A stretch of DNA of 32,000 nt, from NCBI RefSeq assembly GCF_000025505.1, contig NC_013849.1, forward strand, positions 990,001 to 1,022,000, written 5' to 3'. Shown piece after piece: positions 28,011-32,000 of this stretch. A program made the position numbers and the translations under genes. Each line of letters opens with the position of its first letter. Within the stretch, counting starts at the first letter, position 1. This stretch comes from Ferroglobus placidus DSM 10642. GTDB lineage: Archaea; Halobacteriota; Archaeoglobi; Archaeoglobales; Archaeoglobaceae. A model generated the notes under the pieces. It saw only the letters and a program-made list of their open reading frames with translations. It ran no database searches and was not told where the DNA came from.

Positions 28011-28574
28011 ATGGACGAGAAAGACAGGAAGATCATCTCGATTCTTCAAAGGAACGGAAAAGCGACTCTATCCGAAATTGCTGAAGAGGTCGGTATGACC
28101 GCTATGGGTGTGAAAAAGAGAATAGACAAGCTCGAAAGGGAGAAGATTATCAGGTCCTCTGTTCTTTTAAACGCTGAAAAATTGAAAATCTTAACAGCCG
28201 TTCTCGTCATGGAAGTTGAAAGTTCTCAGGCTCTCGAAAACATACTGAAAAAATTCGTGAACTGTCCGAGAGTAATCAAATTTTTCGTCACAACCGGAGG
28301 CTACAACCTCTTCGCTTTGATCTGGGCTGAAGATTTGCACTCTTTAGAAAGCGTAACCCTCGAAAGGTGCTCATTAAGAGCTCAGCCGGGAATAAGGAAG
28401 TACGAAGTTTATCCGGTACAAGAAATTCACTACGATCCGTTTCTCGAAATCAAAGTTTCGGCGGAGAAAATTGACGTCGCTCCCTGTGGTGTTGACTGCA
28501 AGAGTTGCAGCAGGTATAACGCTGAGAAATGCTTGGGATGTCCTGCTACGGTTTATTACAAAGGCAAACTTTAG
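28011..28574 (+). CDS. Lrp/AsnC-family transcriptional regulator with Cys-rich C-terminal extension
   Basis: HTH: DRKIISILQRNGKATLSEIAEEVGMTAMGVKKRIDKLEREKII; RAM-like domain; tail APCGVDCKSCSRYNAEKCLGCPATVYYKG. Confidence 0.85.
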   Translation: MDEKDRKIISILQRNGKATLSEIAEEVGMTAMGVKKRIDKLEREKIIRSSVLLNAEKLKILTAVLVMEVESSQALENILKKFVNCPRVIKFFVTTGGYNLFALIWAEDLHSLESVTLERCSLRAQPGIRKYEVYPVQEIHYDPFLEIKVSAEKIDVAPCGVDCKSCSRYNAEKCLGCPATVYYKGKL

Positions 28575-28624
28575 TTTATTTTTTAAATAAAAACCATCTA
28601 TACAATTTATAAAATAAACTAACA

Positions 28625-29002
28625 TTGGTAATTAAAACGACCGAGCCGCTAACAATAATTTTGCTGGTAATCACTGGGCGGGTTGCTTGGCATAGGTACT
28701 GCGTTATAATGCTTCCATCCTTAGCGTTTATCTTCAAATATCCGCTGGCAGTTGCGATTGGAACGACGACAACTGCTGTGATTCTAACGGCAACTTCTGG
28801 GGCTATAGGACATTTGAGAATGAGAAATGTCGATTATTCCACAGCAAAGATTGTTGCAGTGAGTGGAGCAGTATGAGCTGCAGTAGGATCGATCATCTTC
28901 TTCTACATCTCAAATCAGATCTGGCTTCTGAACTTCATTCTCGGCTTCGCTTTCCTCTACGTATCGCCGAAATTCATCTGGCAGGGATATTTAGCTCTTT
29001 AA
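28625..29002 (+). pseudogene. TauE/SafE-like (sulfite exporter family) permease remnant
   Basis: PSLAFIFKYPLAVAIGTTTTAVILTATSGAIGHLRMRNVDYSTAKIVAVSGAV-stop-AAVGSIIFFYISNQIWLLNFILGFAFLYVSPKFIWQGYLAL. Internal TGA at 28874-28876 and a disrupted glycine-rich segment before it. Confidence 0.65.
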
Positions 29003-29128
29003 TTAATTTTTTGAATAAAATAATTTAGAGAGTTTTGTTAGCCGCTCATGGAAGAATGAGCCGACGAATAACTAATTTTACCAAAAATCTTATTATGAAA
29101 TTATATTCCACTAATTTCGGTGATTTTT

Positions 29129-30475
29129 ATGGAGGAGATAAGAGAGATCGCTTCAAAATTTGAAAGAATCAGTGCCCATTCCCACATTAAAGGATTAGGA
29201 TTGGACGAGAACTTAAAAGCAAAAGATATCGCAGACGGACTCGTGGGGCAGAAAAAAGCGAGGGAAGCTGCAGGAGTGATAGTCAGGCTGATAAAAGAGG
29301 GAAAGATGGCTGGCAGAGGGATTCTCATCGCCGGACCTCCGGGAACCGGAAAGACGGCTATAGCTGTCGCTATAAGTAAAGAGCTCGGGAAAGACATACC
29401 TTTCGTTCAGGTTTCGGCAAGCGAGTTCTACAGCGCGGAGATGAAGAAGACCGAAGCGCTAATCCAGACGATGAGAAAAGCGATAGGAGTGAGGATAAAA
29501 GAGAGGAGGGTCGTTCTCGAAGGTGAGGTAGTTGGGCTGGATTACAACATGGTACCAAACCCGTACAACCCCACCCAGAAGATTCCGGAGTCTGCAACGC
29601 TAACCCTCGCTACGAAGAGTGAGAAGAGAACTTTCAGCGTAAGCGGAAGGCTGGCTTTGCAGTTCATGTATCAGGGAATAGAGGTAGGAGACGTGATAAT
29701 GATCGACAAGGAAACTGGTAGAGTTGTCAAGCTCGGAAGGAGCGAAAAAGCTTCGAAGAAGTACGACATAGGAGGGGAAGAAGTCGTCGAAGTTCCCTCG
29801 GGAAGCGTGGAAAAAGAGAAAGAATTCACTTACGTCGTAACTCTGCACGACCTCGACGAAGCTAACGCAAGGAGAAGAAGCATATTCTCGCTATTCTCCG
29901 GAGAGAGCAGAGAGATAGACAACGAGATAAGGGAGGCTGTGGACGAACAAGTTAAAAGGTGGGTGGAAGAGGGAAGAGCGGAGCTCGTTCCGGGAGTGCT
30001 GTTCATAGACGAAACTCATCTGATGGACATAGAGCTCTTCTCCTTCATGAACAGAGCGATGGAGTCCGAGATGGCTCCGATAATAATTCTCGCTTCGAAC
30101 AGGGGGTTTGCGAAGATAAGAGGAACCGACGTAGTAGCACCGCACGGAATTCCTCTGGACTTGCTGGACAGGCTGCTGATAATAACTACCGAGCCCTACA
30201 ACGAAAAAGAGATAGAAGCAATAATAAGAATCAGAGCTTCGGAGATGGGTGTGGAGCTGAGTGACGATGCTTTGAGAAAGTTGACAGAGTTAGGTGTCAA
30301 GTTCAGTTTAAGATACGCTGTTCAACTACTTGCTCCAGCCAACGAGTTCGCCAAGTTAAGAAATTCAGGCAAGATAGGAGTGGAAGATGTTGAGAGGGCT
30401 GCGGAGCTATTCGTAGACGTTAGTACGAGCTCTTCGTATCTGAAGAAGTGGGAAGAAAAGATGTTAACTTCCTGA
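29129..30475 (+). CDS. TIP49/RuvB-like AAA+ ATPase (archaeal Rvb1/Rvb2 homologue)
   Basis: HSHIKGLGLDENLKAKDIADGLVGQKKAREAAGVI, Walker A GPPGTGKTA, Walker B VLFIDETHLMDIELFSFMNRAMES, ASNRG, SLRYAVQLLAPA. Confidence 0.92.
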   Translation: MEEIREIASKFERISAHSHIKGLGLDENLKAKDIADGLVGQKKAREAAGVIVRLIKEGKMAGRGILIAGPPGTGKTAIAVAISKELGKDIPFVQVSASEFYSAEMKKTEALIQTMRKAIGVRIKERRVVLEGEVVGLDYNMVPNPYNPTQKIPESATLTLATKSEKRTFSVSGRLALQFMYQGIEVGDVIMIDKETGRVVKLGRSEKASKKYDIGGEEVVEVPSGSVEKEKEFTYVVTLHDLDEANARRRSIFSLFSGESREIDNEIREAVDEQVKRWVEEGRAELVPGVLFIDETHLMDIELFSFMNRAMESEMAPIIILASNRGFAKIRGTDVVAPHGIPLDLLDRLLIITTEPYNEKEIEAIIRIRASEMGVELSDDALRKLTELGVKFSLRYAVQLLAPANEFAKLRNSGKIGVEDVERAAELFVDVSTSSSYLKKWEEKMLTS

Positions 30476-30528
30476 TTTTACAAAACTTTTTTATCAGAGA
30501 ATTTGTAAATAATTAAGTAGGTGGTAAT

Positions 30529-30993
30529 ATGGCGTTGGATGCGAACAAACTCGTTATTCGCCCGTTGCGACAGGAGGATTTTGAGGAGGTTGTGAGAATA
30601 GATGCAGAGTACACCGGAGAAAGGAGAGAGGAGTACTACAGAAGGCTTTTCAACGAGATTCTTAATGCCGAGCACGCTATAATAACGTCTCTTGCAGCTG
30701 AATACGACGGCAAACTCGTTGGATTTATAGCCGGAACAGTTTTCTCGGGAGAATTTGGAATTCCAGAGAATACTGCATACATAACAACGATGGGCGTTGA
30801 TAAGAATTTCGTGAGAATGGGGATAGGAAAGGAGCTTTTTAAAGAGTTCGTGAGAAACGTTAGAGCTGCGGGAGTGACGAGGATTTACACAATCGTCGAT
30901 TGGGAAGAGAATTGGGACTTGCTCAGCTTTTTCAGAAAAGCCGGATTCAAGCCGTCGGCAACGAAAATTTACTTGGAAATGGAGGTTCCCTAA
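30529..30993 (+). CDS. GNAT family N-acetyltransferase
   Basis: IRPLRQEDFEEVVRID...AEYDGKLVGFIAG...TTMGVDKNFVRMGIGKELFKEFVRNVRAAGVTRIYTIVDWEENWDLLSFFRKAGFKPS. Confidence 0.82.
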   Translation: MALDANKLVIRPLRQEDFEEVVRIDAEYTGERREEYYRRLFNEILNAEHAIITSLAAEYDGKLVGFIAGTVFSGEFGIPENTAYITTMGVDKNFVRMGIGKELFKEFVRNVRAAGVTRIYTIVDWEENWDLLSFFRKAGFKPSATKIYLEMEVP

Positions 30994-31054
30994 TTTATTA
31001 TTCCTAATAGCGTTAATGAACTGCAAAAATCCGAAAAATCGTTAATTTTAAAAT

Positions 31055-31099
31055 TTACAATGTAACAAGAAAAACCTTTTAAACTTTACATTGTAAAGT
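31055..31099 (+). promoter_or_regulatory. Two palindromic operator-like sites bracketing a TATA element
   Basis: TTACAATGTAA at 31055-31065 and AACTTTACATTGTAAAGTT at 31081-31099; TTTTAAA at 31077-31083. Confidence 0.6.
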
Positions 31100-31105
31100 T
31101 CGTTT

Positions 31106-31417
31106 ATGATTGCTCAGTACGGCTATAGGGATGGGTCCGGCACGTATTACATAAGCATAGACACGGACAAATGCGACGGCTGCGTTGATTACGAAGTGGC
31201 TAAGTGCGTTGAAGTTTGTCCAGCGGGAGTTTTCGAGGTCGTCGACGAAGATCCGAACGATCCTCTAAGGGAGGAACCGGTTGCGATAGTTAAGGAGGAG
31301 CACAGAAACAAGCTAAGATTCAGCTGCGCCCAATGCAAGCCGGCAAGCGGCTACAGAATAGAAGATCTGCCCTGCGTTAAAGCCTGTCCGAATGGAGCTA
31401 TATCCCACAGCTGGTAG
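31106..31417 (+). CDS. Dicluster [4Fe-4S] ferredoxin-like protein with extended inter-cysteine loops
   Basis: CDGCVDYEVAKCVEVCP (Cx2Cx7Cx3CP) and CAQCKPASGYRIEDLPCVKACPNGAI (Cx2Cx12Cx3CP). Confidence 0.88.
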   Translation: MIAQYGYRDGSGTYYISIDTDKCDGCVDYEVAKCVEVCPAGVFEVVDEDPNDPLREEPVAIVKEEHRNKLRFSCAQCKPASGYRIEDLPCVKACPNGAISHSW

Positions 31418-31419
31418 CC

Positions 31420-31632
31420 ATGTGGAAGCGAGCTTTCACGATTGAAAGGGAGAGGGCGAAGGAATACGTAGAGCTCTACGAATCCATGGGTTACGAAGTG
31501 AAAGTAGTTGATGCCAAGAGCTGTGACAGGGAGTGCGGGGTTTGCTATCTCGGCGGAGACTACGTGGAAATCTGGATAAGGAAAAAAGACGAAGGAGAAG
31601 GAGAACTTAACGAAGATTTATACGAAGATTAG
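31420..31632 (+). CDS. Small conserved-looking protein with Cx3CGVC motif, unknown function
   Basis: 70 aa, starts 2 nt after the ferredoxin stop; VKVVDAKSCDRECGVCYLGGDYVEIWIRKK. Confidence 0.6.
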   Translation: MWKRAFTIERERAKEYVELYESMGYEVKVVDAKSCDRECGVCYLGGDYVEIWIRKKDEGEGELNEDLYED

Positions 31633-32000
31633 CCGAGATAAACGAGCGTCGCTCCGAAAACTGTTAAAACTACTCCAAAAATAGTTTTCAACGCTATTTT
31701 TTCGAGAGATTGAATGAAGAGTAGAGAGAAGAGCGTGGTAAATATCGGGTAGAGATTCGAGAGGGGAACAGCGATAATTACTGGTGTCGTGCTTAAAGAT
31801 AGGAAGTAAAAGTACGTTCCGACGAAAAGAGCCGTTCCAGAGAGGAAGAGGTAGGGAGATATTTTTTCCGGCTTCACCTTTCTCTTGTAAGCGGAGAAAA
31901 GGAAAAGAGCAGAAACACCAGAGAGGAGAGAAATCAAGTTGCTTAAAGATACGCTCTCCTCAATTATTCCCTTCTTCACGAAAATAGCCGCAAGCCCGTA
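31629..32000 (-). CDS. EamA/DMT-superfamily transporter, C-terminal half; 5' part outside window
   Basis: The frame remains open to the window edge (YGLAAIFVKKGIIEE...). EamA features: SNLYPIFTTLFSLLFIQSLEKIALKTIFGVVLTVFGATLVYLG. Confidence 0.8.
   Translation of the reverse strand, partial: YGLAAIFVKKGIIEESVSLSNLISLLSGVSALFLFSAYKRKVKPEKISPYLFLSGTALFVGTYFYFLSLSTTPVIIAVPLSNLYPIFTTLFSLLFIQSLEKIALKTIFGVVLTVFGATLVYLG

Noticed and set aside
28874-28876. In-frame TGA in the TauE/SafE-like ORF considered as selenocysteine or pyrrolysine-type recoding
   Set aside because: TGA is not the pyrrolysine codon, no selenocysteine context was evident and this family has no Sec at that position. The segment upstream is also disrupted, so simple pseudogene decay is more likely.
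1-32000. CRISPR arrays, toxin-antitoxin or defence islands, tRNA/rRNA genes
   Set aside because: No regularly spaced repeats, no recognisable defence gene cluster and no structured RNA gene were seen. Faint structured RNAs would need covariance-model searches that I could not run.

Overview
The window is a gene-dense euryarchaeal chromosome segment. Its gene set and style suggest Archaeoglobales, possibly Ferroglobus or Geoglobus, but this is inferred and was not verified by search. Bases ~1-16550 carry the 3' part of a class-III aminotransferase, then a near-continuous + strand ribosomal-protein super-operon: SPOUT methylase, L3-L4-L23-L2-S19-L22-S3-L29-Rnp1-S17-L14-L24-S4e-L5-S14-S8-L6-L32e-L19e-L18-S5-L30-L15-SecY-DUF106/EMC3-like-Cmk-Cbf5. 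S14 (8853-9008) is absent from the supplied ORF track but clearly present. The rest is more mixed. It includes a two-subunit CoA-transferase-family pair on the - strand, a pcn-priL-pelA cluster, a degraded octopine/nopaline-dehydrogenase-like gene and a complete branched-chain-amino-acid-type ABC cassette. It also includes an Acr3 + AbrB pair divergent from an Lrp/AsnC regulator with a cysteine-rich tail, a degraded TauE/SafE-like permease, an archaeal TIP49/Rvb homologue, a GNAT protein, an unusual ferredoxin plus a small Cys protein, and the edge of an EamA transporter. I see no CRISPR array, intact transposon, rRNA/tRNA or clear defence system. The best candidates for a second look are: (1) an extra ferredoxin-like eight-cysteine block in the N-terminal part of the DNA primase large subunit; (2) two palindromic operator-like sites with centres exactly 30 bp apart, bracketing the TATA box of the ferredoxin gene, one of them a 19-bp palindrome; (3) the putative arsenic locus with a Cys-tailed Lrp regulator and its own promoter palindrome; (4) a possible U-UUU-UUG frameshift at the start of livH.
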